Source of the DNA: a virus
DNA length: 64,000 bases
Strand: one strand, 5' to 3'
Virus record (IMG/VR): IMGVR_UViG_3300025679_000007
Span: 7,285 to 71,284 of that record
Below are positions 19,327-27,621 of this stretch, one piece after another. A program made the position numbers and the translations under genes. Within the stretch, counting starts at the first letter, position 1; the number at the start of each line of letters is the position of its first letter. Below the pieces are notes generated by a model that made no database searches, was not told the origin of the DNA, and saw only the letters and a program-made list of their open reading frames with translations.

Positions 19327-19484
19327 CGAAACCCACCAACCAAAAATAGCACCAGCAAAACGACCAGGATCAACCCGATCGATCCGCCGCCGTAATAGGT
19401 GGGACTCCACCCAGCGCCGCGCCCATAGTAGCCCACGCCGCCGCATAGCAGCAGGACGACCAACACCACGAGTACAAGATTCAT
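19323..19484 (-). CDS. Small two-TM protein (DUF3309-like; holin candidate), absent from ORF track
   Basis: Translated by hand: MNLVLVVLVVLLLCGGVGYYGRGAGWSPTYYGGGSIGLILVVLLVLFLVGGFR; coupled on both sides. Confidence 0.7.
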   Translation of the reverse strand: MNLVLVVLVVLLLCGGVGYYGRGAGWSPTYYGGGSIGLILVVLLVLFLVGGFR

Positions 19485-19990
19485 TGAGATGCCTTCTCAG
19501 GGGTTACGGTGAATCGAATGGGCGGCGTGCGGAACGAGTAAATGCCACCCCAGAAACCACAATCCATCGTGGTCAGGCCAACGAATTCCCAATCGCCGTG
19601 CCCAACCGCTTTCGTGAGTTGCACATCCGTGATGTATCTCCCCATGCCGGCGCGGCTGATTGGCGGCCCGATCAGGTAGTCGCGGGAAATCTCCGGGACC
19701 ACATCTCCGTCCGACAGTCGTGTGAATTTAGAGAACTCGCGTGATAGCGAACCGCCGCACGTCAACTGATTGCGGATTGTCGCCGTGATGAGAATCCGAA
19801 GAAAGCCGCCCGGATGGATTTCCTCACCATCCATAATCCGCGCCGCCAGGACTGTGACGGGAGGCCCGTAAAGGAGCGGCGCGAGATACCGCACTCCCAC
19901 GAACATGCCGAACGGAACCGTAACAACGACCATGAGCCACGCGATCCACCAATGAGTGGCTGCTTTGAGGCATCGCATCCATCTGGACAT
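19481..19990 (-). CDS. Single-TM lysis-region protein
   Basis: N-terminal TM then a beta-rich domain with two Cys. Confidence 0.6.
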   Translation of the reverse strand: MSRWMRCLKAATHWWIAWLMVVVTVPFGMFVGVRYLAPLLYGPPVTVLAARIMDGEEIHPGGFLRILITATIRNQLTCGGSLSREFSKFTRLSDGDVVPEISRDYLIGPPISRAGMGRYITDVQLTKAVGHGDWEFVGLTTMDCGFWGGIYSFRTPPIRFTVTPEKASQ

Positions 19991-20385
19991 TACAAGAGCG
20001 CCCTGAGCCATGTGGTCAGCGCCGGCCAAACACCACCGGCGGCCGCACCAAGAACCATCGTCGCCAGACCCAGCAGCAACGCGCCGATCCATTTATGCGT
20101 GCTGGCGGTGCGCGACTTCCGCGTTGCCATCCGTTCCTCGACTTCCTCCAACGTTTCTCCCGGGCGGCGCTGTCCCAGGTCCGGCTTTTCACGATCGTAG
20201 CCGAGCACGCGCACCGAGAAATCGCTGATCTCACGATTGGCGATGAGCCTCATGCGATCGTCCCAATGTTCGTACATTGATCCTGGCGTCCGATACCCGG
20301 CGTTTGTGTCATTGCTGGAACGAACCGATAGCGGGCGCGGAGTATCGCCAGGGGAAGCGGGCTCGTTTGGGTCATCGATCGGCAT
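19990..20385 (-). CDS. Membrane protein with C-terminal TM (lysis region)
   Basis: WIGALLLGLATMVLGAAAGGVW segment. Confidence 0.6.
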   Translation of the reverse strand: MPIDDPNEPASPGDTPRPLSVRSSNDTNAGYRTPGSMYEHWDDRMRLIANREISDFSVRVLGYDREKPDLGQRRPGETLEEVEERMATRKSRTASTHKWIGALLLGLATMVLGAAAGGVWPALTTWLRALL

Positions 20386-20394
20386 TCAGGTGTT

Positions 20395-23300
20395 TCATGC
20401 GCCGGTTCCCACGACCACCGGGAAATACTCCGGCGCCGGAAGGGGCGCGGTGCCGGTGCCGGTCAACGTAATCAACGGAAAATACAGCCCGTCCGCCAAA
20501 CTGGCGGTGTTGACCGCGAGTTGCGCGTTGTTGCCCGAAACGGAAATGGTCCAGCCCGACGAAACGCTGGCGGAGATCGCGGTCATTTGCGCCGTGGCAC
20601 CATCGTAGCCGGCGACAAGGCCGCCGGTGACGTTGGTGCCACTCGCGGACGCCGAAGGTAACGTCATGACCATGCTGTAGGTGCCCGGCGCTGAACTGAT
20701 GGAATCATAACGAAACGGCAGGTTCGTCGGCATACCGCCAGTCAATGGATTGACCAGGGCGATTCCGGCGAATGGAAAATTCGTGATGCTGACGTTTCCC
20801 GCGCCAAGCGGCGGTGCGGACGCGCCGTAAGTTCCCACACTCCACGATCCCGATGCCAGGTTGTAAATATCGTTATCCGTAATCGAATAGCCAAATGGAA
20901 TGTTGCGGATCGGATCGGTATTGCCGGCGACCTGGTTGAAACCGATCGGCGGCTGACCGCTCTCGGCGAGGTTGATAATCGTATTGCTACCGCAAGTGAA
21001 AGAATTGATCGCCCACGCGGGATGCGCGGGGTTGGCACCGGCACACTCATTATACATCTCGATAATGTTACCATTGTTCGCGTTGCCGCCGTTCGTGCCC
21101 TTCATAAAGACGTTGTTTGTGACAACCCATTCGCCACCCTCACAATTCTGGAGGGGTGTATCAAACCCTTCCCAGTTCATTCCTTCGAGGAAGAAGTTAC
21201 TGTCGATGAACGCGTTCATCGCGCGCGCCTTAAATTCGTGGCCAACCGCGTCAACGCTGTAATTGCCGGTCACTTCGATATAGGCCACGCCATCGGCATA
21301 TATATTGTGGCTTGATCCATAGAAATTGCCGCAGGTTGCGAACAGATTGTCATGCAGAAAAATACGGTTTGAGAAATCCCCGTTCATATGGCCCATGTCG
21401 GAGTTATGCGGATAGCAATACTCCAATGTGCAGTTGCCGGATTGTTGATTCTCCCGGTAGAACGCGCCCGCGTTGGAGCCGTTCGTGACGCCATACGCTT
21501 CGATGCGGCGATAGATCGTATCGTATCCTCCGGCGAACGCGAAGCCGCCCTTGCCTTGATTGCCGATCGGCGCCGAGCCAGCGAAGTTGAACGCGATCTG
21601 CTGATGCTGTGTCGTCATGGTGACGGGGCCGATGCTCCGCGTCTGACTGAGCGGATAAGGTCCGATATGCAGGGTCCAGGTCGTGCCGGAACCCGATACG
21701 ATGACCACCCCGGTCCCGGCCCCGGTCGCGATGAAGTCGTTGACGTTGATCGTGCCGGTGACGCCTGACACGGCGAGCGTCGTGCCGCTGATTGTGCCGG
21801 TGAAGGTGGCCTGCGTGCTGCTGTCACCCACGAATGCGACGGGACCGGGCCACCATCCGGCCCGCGTGTAGGATATCGCGTAGTAGCCGGTGGTCGATGG
21901 TGACGGACAGCCCTGAAGCACCGTGACGACCGCGCCGGCATAGGTGGACGGGGAGGCCCACCACGCCGCGCCGAACGTGTTGAAATCAGAGAACGTGCCG
22001 CCCGGCCCGATCGACACGGGCGAGCCGGTGTAGGGATGCCACGAGGTCGTGACGGTAAACTGTTTGACGCAGTAGGTTCCGTTGCCATCGGTCAGGGTCA
22101 GATTGATGGTATCGACCTGCGGTGTCGTTTCGTTGATGGCGCTCAGGTTCCAGGCCGTGACGGTCGCGGAACTTCCGCTGCCCGTGATTGCGTAACGCGG
22201 CGTATACATTGCCCCGCCCGCGTTGAGTCCAACCGTGACCTGGCAGTTGTCCTTCACCACATTGATCGTGGTCAGGGACCAGTTTGGCGTGAGACCAGAA
22301 GTCGATATCGTGGCGACGGTCGTTGGCGAACCGGTGGGAGTTTGCGCCATGGCGGTCGGCAGGAAGTTGGTCAGGCCGCCGACGGTACTCACGCTCACGT
22401 TCGACGATGGCAGCGTGACGCCCGCCGAAACCGGCAGGTTGAAAACGATGGTATTGGTGACGCCGTTGCCGGAAGACACCTGACACGTGCCTGACAGCGC
22501 GCCCGCCGGAACGGAACTCGCCAGATACGCGAAACCGGTGCGTCCGTGAAACGGGTCATAGGAATAGATCGACAGCGCACCACTCGGGCTTGACGTGGTG
22601 GCGAACGCGCCAAAGCCCGTATCGGCGCTCGCGGCCAGGGTGCCGATTTGATTGGAGCCGTAGCCGTTTGTTGGCGGCGTGGAGGAATAGACGCCGCCAT
22701 TCGGCACCCAGGCCAAGGGCGGCGGCGACTCGTGGGCGATGTAGATCGGCACGACCACGGCGGAGCCGCCCGCCGGTGTGATGGTGACATTGTGCTGGCC
22801 GAAGTTCGCCGGGATCAGGCTGGCGAGCGGGATGGTAAGCAGGTCATCGCCGGGGCGCCAGGTGAACAGGCCAGAGGGATCGGAGATCGTCGCCGAGGCC
22901 GCGTTCCAAAGACTCACGTGAATCGCGGCGCCGCCGTAGTAGCTGCTGTAATTCGGTGATGTGGTGCTGCTGCTGTCGGGAATGATATTGGCCGAGGCGA
23001 CGATGGCCGGGGTTCCGGCGGTCAGGTTCGGCACGGTGACGGCCAACGTCTGTGTCGCGCCGATTTGATCGGTCGTGACAACGGTGATCGAGAATGAAGT
23101 CCCGGTGGTGATTTGCGTGTTTGCGTAAAGAACGCCCTGCTGAATGTTGAACAGCGCGGCGTTGCCGCTGCCCGGCACCGTGTCGATGAGCGACCACGTG
23201 ACCGGCCCGGCGCCACCTCGGCAGGCGTAACTGCCGATCGAGAACGATCCGCCGTAGGCGCTCTGGGACAGTGGGACGGTGGTCGGTCCAGTGATACCGG

Positions 23301-23709
23301 CGGCGAAATCGGCCGTGGCGGCCGACACGACGATTCCGGTGGCTGATGCTGATCCGGTATTCGGCCCCGTGCCGGTGACGGTCAGGTTGTAGGTTCCGGC
23401 ACTGGCCGGGTTTGAAGCATAGAACGAAGCCCATGAGCCTGAGACCGCGAACCCACTGATCGTCGCCGCGCCCCCGCCGCCGCTCCACGTCGCCGTGACG
23501 CCGCTCGGCGCCGCGCCGGTCCAGCCGAGCACGATCTGCGAGGACCGCGCCACACCGTTGACGCCGGTCGTGAGCGCCTGCGCCGGGTTGGCCGCGACGG
23601 TCAGGCTGTTGGGGCCAGATGGACTCGCCGCGCCATGCGGCCACCACGCGAACGCATCGCGCGCGGTCAGCAGTGACGCGGCGGAGGCGAGAAGGGCGCG
23701 GCGGAACAT
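20395..23709 (-). CDS. Large fibre/spike-like protein with Ig-like repeats, beta-helix and Tat-like signal
   Basis: MFRRALLASAASLLTARDAFA|WWPHG; SHNIY..GHEFKARA beta-helix segment; S/T/G-rich. Confidence 0.7.
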   Translation of the reverse strand: MFRRALLASAASLLTARDAFAWWPHGAASPSGPNSLTVAANPAQALTTGVNGVARSSQIVLGWTGAAPSGVTATWSGGGGAATISGFAVSGSWASFYASNPASAGTYNLTVTGTGPNTGSASATGIVVSAATADFAAGITGPTTVPLSQSAYGGSFSIGSYACRGGAGPVTWSLIDTVPGSGNAALFNIQQGVLYANTQITTGTSFSITVVTTDQIGATQTLAVTVPNLTAGTPAIVASANIIPDSSSTTSPNYSSYYGGAAIHVSLWNAASATISDPSGLFTWRPGDDLLTIPLASLIPANFGQHNVTITPAGGSAVVVPIYIAHESPPPLAWVPNGGVYSSTPPTNGYGSNQIGTLAASADTGFGAFATTSSPSGALSIYSYDPFHGRTGFAYLASSVPAGALSGTCQVSSGNGVTNTIVFNLPVSAGVTLPSSNVSVSTVGGLTNFLPTAMAQTPTGSPTTVATISTSGLTPNWSLTTINVVKDNCQVTVGLNAGGAMYTPRYAITGSGSSATVTAWNLSAINETTPQVDTINLTLTDGNGTYCVKQFTVTTSWHPYTGSPVSIGPGGTFSDFNTFGAAWWASPSTYAGAVVTVLQGCPSPSTTGYYAISYTRAGWWPGPVAFVGDSSTQATFTGTISGTTLAVSGVTGTINVNDFIATGAGTGVVIVSGSGTTWTLHIGPYPLSQTRSIGPVTMTTQHQQIAFNFAGSAPIGNQGKGGFAFAGGYDTIYRRIEAYGVTNGSNAGAFYRENQQSGNCTLEYCYPHNSDMGHMNGDFSNRIFLHDNLFATCGNFYGSSHNIYADGVAYIEVTGNYSVDAVGHEFKARAMNAFIDSNFFLEGMNWEGFDTPLQNCEGGEWVVTNNVFMKGTNGGNANNGNIIEMYNECAGANPAHPAWAINSFTCGSNTIINLAESGQPPIGFNQVAGNTDPIRNIPFGYSITDNDIYNLASGSWSVGTYGASAPPLGAGNVSITNFPFAGIALVNPLTGGMPTNLPFRYDSISSAPGTYSMVMTLPSASASGTNVTGGLVAGYDGATAQMTAISASVSSGWTISVSGNNAQLAVNTASLADGLYFPLITLTGTGTAPLPAPEYFPVVVGTGA

Positions 23710-23765
23710 CAGGGTCCGGTCCGTTTATGCTGTCCGTCGCGGCACCGCCCTGATACGGTGGCGAG

Positions 23766-24767
23766 ATGCGTCCACGGAACAATTTCAACACCCTGCGGAT
23801 CACGGCCGCGCTCGCGGTGATGGTGTCGCACTCTTTCTCCGTGTCCTACGGAAGAACCGCACACGAACCGCTCAGCCTCGTGAGTCAGGGACAAACGACG
23901 CTTGGCGGCCTCGCGGTCGCCGTGTTCTTCGTCATTAGCGGCTATCTCATTACCGAGAGTTTCGAGCGGTCGCGCGACGCGAAGGTCTTCATGGTCAACC
24001 GTGCGTTGCGGTTGCTGCCTGCCCTGGCCGTCGTTCTGGTGGCGCTGGCGTTCGTCGCCGGACCTGTCCTGACCGAGCGGTCGTTGGCGAATTATTTTAC
24101 CGATCCCCAGGCATACGGCTATGTGCCGGCGAATCTCTCGCTGCTGATGTTCGTGGACACGCTTCCCGGCGTCTTCACGCACAACCCCTTTCCCGAGGCG
24201 GTGGACGGCTCGCTGTGGACTTTGATGTTCGAGGTCCGGTGCTACCTCGCGGTTCTCTGCCTGGGTCTGTGCGGCGCGCTCAATCGGTACGTGTCGCTCG
24301 CTATTCTGCTCGGGTGCTGTGTCGGGTTGAAAATGTGGCTGGGCGGGACGCCGTTGGAACTGTACGCCTGTTTCGCCGCGGGCGCGGTGTGGCACCATTG
24401 GCGACCGCCGCTCCGAGGCTGGATCGCCGCCGCCTGCCTGGCACTGTGCGCATGGGCGTTCCTCTTTGGCGGCTTCCGGGTCGGGATGCCGACCGTCGGC
24501 ACCTATGTGGTGATGTGGCTCGCGCTCGATCCGCGCGTCAGGATGCCGGACCTGGCACGGCATGGCGATCTGTCGTACGGAACCTACATCTGGGCGTTTT
24601 TCGTGCAGCAGTGTTGCGCGGCTTTGTTGGGCGGCGGCTGGGCCGTTAACCTGGTGGTATCCGTCCCGGTCGTGCTCGGGTTGGCTTACATGTCGTGGCA
24701 CTTCATCGAAGCGCCGACGCTTGCATTGAAGGCGCGATTTCGCACGGTCGCTGTCGCTCATTGTTGA
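23766..24767 (+). CDS. Acyltransferase-3 (OafA/Oac-like O-acetyltransferase)
   Basis: LRITAALAVMVSH, FFVISGYLI, RALRLLP, SLWTL.FE, DLSYGTYIW, SWHFIE; multiple TMs. Confidence 0.92.
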   Translation: MRPRNNFNTLRITAALAVMVSHSFSVSYGRTAHEPLSLVSQGQTTLGGLAVAVFFVISGYLITESFERSRDAKVFMVNRALRLLPALAVVLVALAFVAGPVLTERSLANYFTDPQAYGYVPANLSLLMFVDTLPGVFTHNPFPEAVDGSLWTLMFEVRCYLAVLCLGLCGALNRYVSLAILLGCCVGLKMWLGGTPLELYACFAAGAVWHHWRPPLRGWIAAACLALCAWAFLFGGFRVGMPTVGTYVVMWLALDPRVRMPDLARHGDLSYGTYIWAFFVQQCCAALLGGGWAVNLVVSVPVVLGLAYMSWHFIEAPTLALKARFRTVAVAHC

Positions 24768-24771
24768 GTCG

Positions 24772-26523
24772 TCAATGAATGGCATAAATTCTGACCTGAT
24801 AATGATCGCTGTTCGCGCCGAACGTGTCGGAGAATTGCGCCGATCCGTTCAGTGTGAATGTGGCGCCCAGGTTGTTGTGCGCGCTGTCGTATTGTGAATC
24901 GCTGTCATAAACGACGGTCGCCGTCTTGGCCGCCGCGCCAGCGACCGTGAACGTCATGGAAGCACCGGTCGTGCTCCGTCGATCCGACATCGCGAACAGA
25001 TAGGTCGATCCTCCGTAGGAATGGGCGCGCGCGAGACCGGGAACCGACGCGTCGCTGGTTGCCATGGTCAGCACACCGTTCGTGCAACTCGCGGCGGTCG
25101 ATCGATCGGTGTTTTGCATGGAACAGATACCGACCTGCGCCGCGTTAAGTTGGTGCGAATAGGTTCCGATGACGCCGTCGATGTAAGTCAGATTGGCGGC
25201 GACGGCGGTCGCGGCCGAGCCACCCGCCGGATCGCCAAGGCAGAACGTGTAAGAAACGGTATCATGGCAAAACCACTCGATGCCATAAGCGCCGGAGATA
25301 AGGGTCACCCACGCCTCGGCGTTAACTTCCACAGGGGTCGCCCGGTATCTGTTCCCCGCCGCGACGCAGAGATTGGCGCTCGCAACGCAATCGCTGGAGA
25401 AAACACCGCCTGTCACCGTCACGGCCTCTAGTGAACCCGCGCACGTGGCATTGGCACTCATGGTCGCGTGTGTGCTGTCCACGATCCCGGTTATCGTCGT
25501 ATTGGCCGGGATGCACGTCCCGCTTAGCGTCAGCCCTTGCCACGTCGCGGTGAAAGTCGAAACCGGAGCCGTGGCGCTGATATTCTGCTGGTAGTACGCC
25601 GTCTGATTGACGATGACGTTTGAACCGTTGGCGACATCGGCGTGGAAATTATTGCCACGAAAGGCGCCCCCCAAAATGTCTGATCCGGACTCGACATACA
25701 CCCATGCTGGTTTGGTGGGGTTAAACGCGCGAAGCGCCTGCACGCCTACACCGTTGGTCCAGATGCAGTCGTTCGGAGTGCTTAACGAGTCGGATGTCTG
25801 AACGTAAGCGCTTCCGGCGCAGTATTGCCACTGAATGTCCGGATTGGTCACCGGGTACATATCAAAGCTGCCGAATCCCAGAGAACCGATCGCCGCGGTT
25901 GCTTGCGCGTGCGTGACTCCGCTACAGCCGTACGGAACGACCGCATCCCAGACGGGCCAATCCACCTGATTGAACGCCGTAAGCCTTGTCGCGTCGTAAG
26001 CCTGAATATCGGAGACTTCGTTTCCAATGTCGCCTGTCTGATAGGCACCCGTTCCGCACGCTGACTCGTCATTGATGTTATAGCCGATGAAGTTCGCCTG
26101 CGCGCCCGTCGCCGTTAAAAGGGCGAGGATGGATGGAACCGAGGTCGCCGTGGTGCCGCTCGCATAATCGATCGTCTTGCCGCCGATCAGGTACATCGTC
26201 GCCGCCTTGACCGCGGCCATCTCGCCGCCATCCACGCCAAATCCCGACGGCCAGTTCTCTATCCCCAGAAAGGTGTTGACGCCGATCGCCTGTGCCGCCG
26301 CCGCGATATTCGCTTTCCCCGCCGGGACGCCCGTGGTCTGGGCCGGGTCTTCGTCCCAGATCAGGACAGGGAAATACGCGCCGGTCGACGGCGGTCCGTT
26401 GGCGAAGGTCGCGTAGTACGACAATGGAAACGAGAGCACTCCATTGCCGCCGCCGCCATGCAGCCACGCGAACGCCGGCGTGGCGATGATGAGACAAAGG
26501 AGCGCCGCGACTGTTTTCAGCAC
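24772..26523 (-). CDS. Secreted glycoside-hydrolase-like protein
   Basis: GTG start MLKTVAALLCLIIATPAFA|WLHG; GYNINDE, SFDMYP, WVYVE, GAYGIEWF TIM-barrel-like motifs. Confidence 0.6.
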   Translation of the reverse strand: MLKTVAALLCLIIATPAFAWLHGGGGNGVLSFPLSYYATFANGPPSTGAYFPVLIWDEDPAQTTGVPAGKANIAAAAQAIGVNTFLGIENWPSGFGVDGGEMAAVKAATMYLIGGKTIDYASGTTATSVPSILALLTATGAQANFIGYNINDESACGTGAYQTGDIGNEVSDIQAYDATRLTAFNQVDWPVWDAVVPYGCSGVTHAQATAAIGSLGFGSFDMYPVTNPDIQWQYCAGSAYVQTSDSLSTPNDCIWTNGVGVQALRAFNPTKPAWVYVESGSDILGGAFRGNNFHADVANGSNVIVNQTAYYQQNISATAPVSTFTATWQGLTLSGTCIPANTTITGIVDSTHATMSANATCAGSLEAVTVTGGVFSSDCVASANLCVAAGNRYRATPVEVNAEAWVTLISGAYGIEWFCHDTVSYTFCLGDPAGGSAATAVAANLTYIDGVIGTYSHQLNAAQVGICSMQNTDRSTAASCTNGVLTMATSDASVPGLARAHSYGGSTYLFAMSDRRSTTGASMTFTVAGAAAKTATVVYDSDSQYDSAHNNLGATFTLNGSAQFSDTFGANSDHYQVRIYAIH

Positions 26524-27620
26524 GAGGTTCCGGTTCCCCACGCCAGATGCGCGTTGTGGCAGACGCTCGTCTGAGCGGCATTCGACAAGGCGACAGGCTC
26601 GATCGCCCACTCGGTCATCGTGCCCGCGAGATACTCGGCGCCGAGATTGTTGGCGCCGATTGTCACGGTGCCCGACATTCCGGTTGACCCAGCCGCCGCG
26701 CCGGCGATCGGATTGCCAACGTTATCGGTGTTGATAAGGCTGGATGCGCCATTTAAGACGCCCTGGAAGATATGCGTGGCGCCATCGGTTTGCGCGGCGG
26801 TCAAGACCGTTCCGCCGTATTCGATGATTCCGTTCGTGGAGGAGGCAAACGAAAGTTGGGTATTGTTGAGTGAAAAGATGATTTCCTGAGCCGTGGTAAA
26901 GAGGTCCAAACGCGCCGCGACAGCATAAAACGTCATGGGCTGAGTTTGCGTGATCGATGCGGTCTGAAGCGACGCGCCATCCGGAAATAAGACCGTCGGC
27001 AGTCCATTGGTGTCAGATGGCAAGAGTTGCGGCTGTTGGGCGGTCGTTGCCTGCGTCCAATGGTTCCCGTGGCCTGTCTGGTCGTATACCTCGGCCACGT
27101 ACATCGCGACCTGGGCCGTCACGGTTTCGCTGCTAAACGTCTGCGCCTTGTTGACGGTGCAAGTCCCCGGCGGCGTGGCGCATCCGCCGATCACGGTGAT
27201 ATAGGCGGGCTGGACTATTCCCGCTCCCGTGATCGTATCTTGCACATGCGGCGTGCCCGAGGCGCACGTGGAAATCGTCAATGTGGTCGTGCCGGTCATG
27301 GAACCCGTGCATGTCGCGTCTGTGCCGGCGAACGTGTTGGCTGATGCGATGTCAAAGGCACACGCCGATGTCAGTCCTACATCCTGCGTCGCGTTGTCGC
27401 TGGCCCGGCGAACCTTGACCGCCTGTGTCGCGTTGGCCTGCGACGCGCTGAAACACCGAAGTCCGCCATAGCCCGTCGCGGCCTGATTGCCGGACGCCTC
27501 GTAGAGGCCCTGGTAGCCGGTCGGAGCCGCGCCCACCTTCGCGTTGACGATCGACTGAAGCATCTGCGCATGCGCCGATCCGGCGAAGCACAGCGACAGG
27601 ATCAGGGCGAACAGGCGCAT
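26517..27620 (-). CDS. Secreted ConA/LamG-like (arabinofuranosidase-B-like) protein
   Basis: MRLFALILSLCFAGSAHA|Q; VRRASDNATQD, YDQTGHGNH..QP.L motifs. Confidence 0.65.
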   Translation of the reverse strand: MRLFALILSLCFAGSAHAQMLQSIVNAKVGAAPTGYQGLYEASGNQAATGYGGLRCFSASQANATQAVKVRRASDNATQDVGLTSACAFDIASANTFAGTDATCTGSMTGTTTLTISTCASGTPHVQDTITGAGIVQPAYITVIGGCATPPGTCTVNKAQTFSSETVTAQVAMYVAEVYDQTGHGNHWTQATTAQQPQLLPSDTNGLPTVLFPDGASLQTASITQTQPMTFYAVAARLDLFTTAQEIIFSLNNTQLSFASSTNGIIEYGGTVLTAAQTDGATHIFQGVLNGASSLINTDNVGNPIAGAAAGSTGMSGTVTIGANNLGAEYLAGTMTEWAIEPVALSNAAQTSVCHNAHLAWGTGTSC

Positions 27621-27621
27621 C

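Noticed and set aside
23709-24785. 358-aa - strand ORF spanning the acyltransferase
   Set aside because: R/H/Q-rich antisense shadow of a hydrophobic gene; the + strand has clear family motifs
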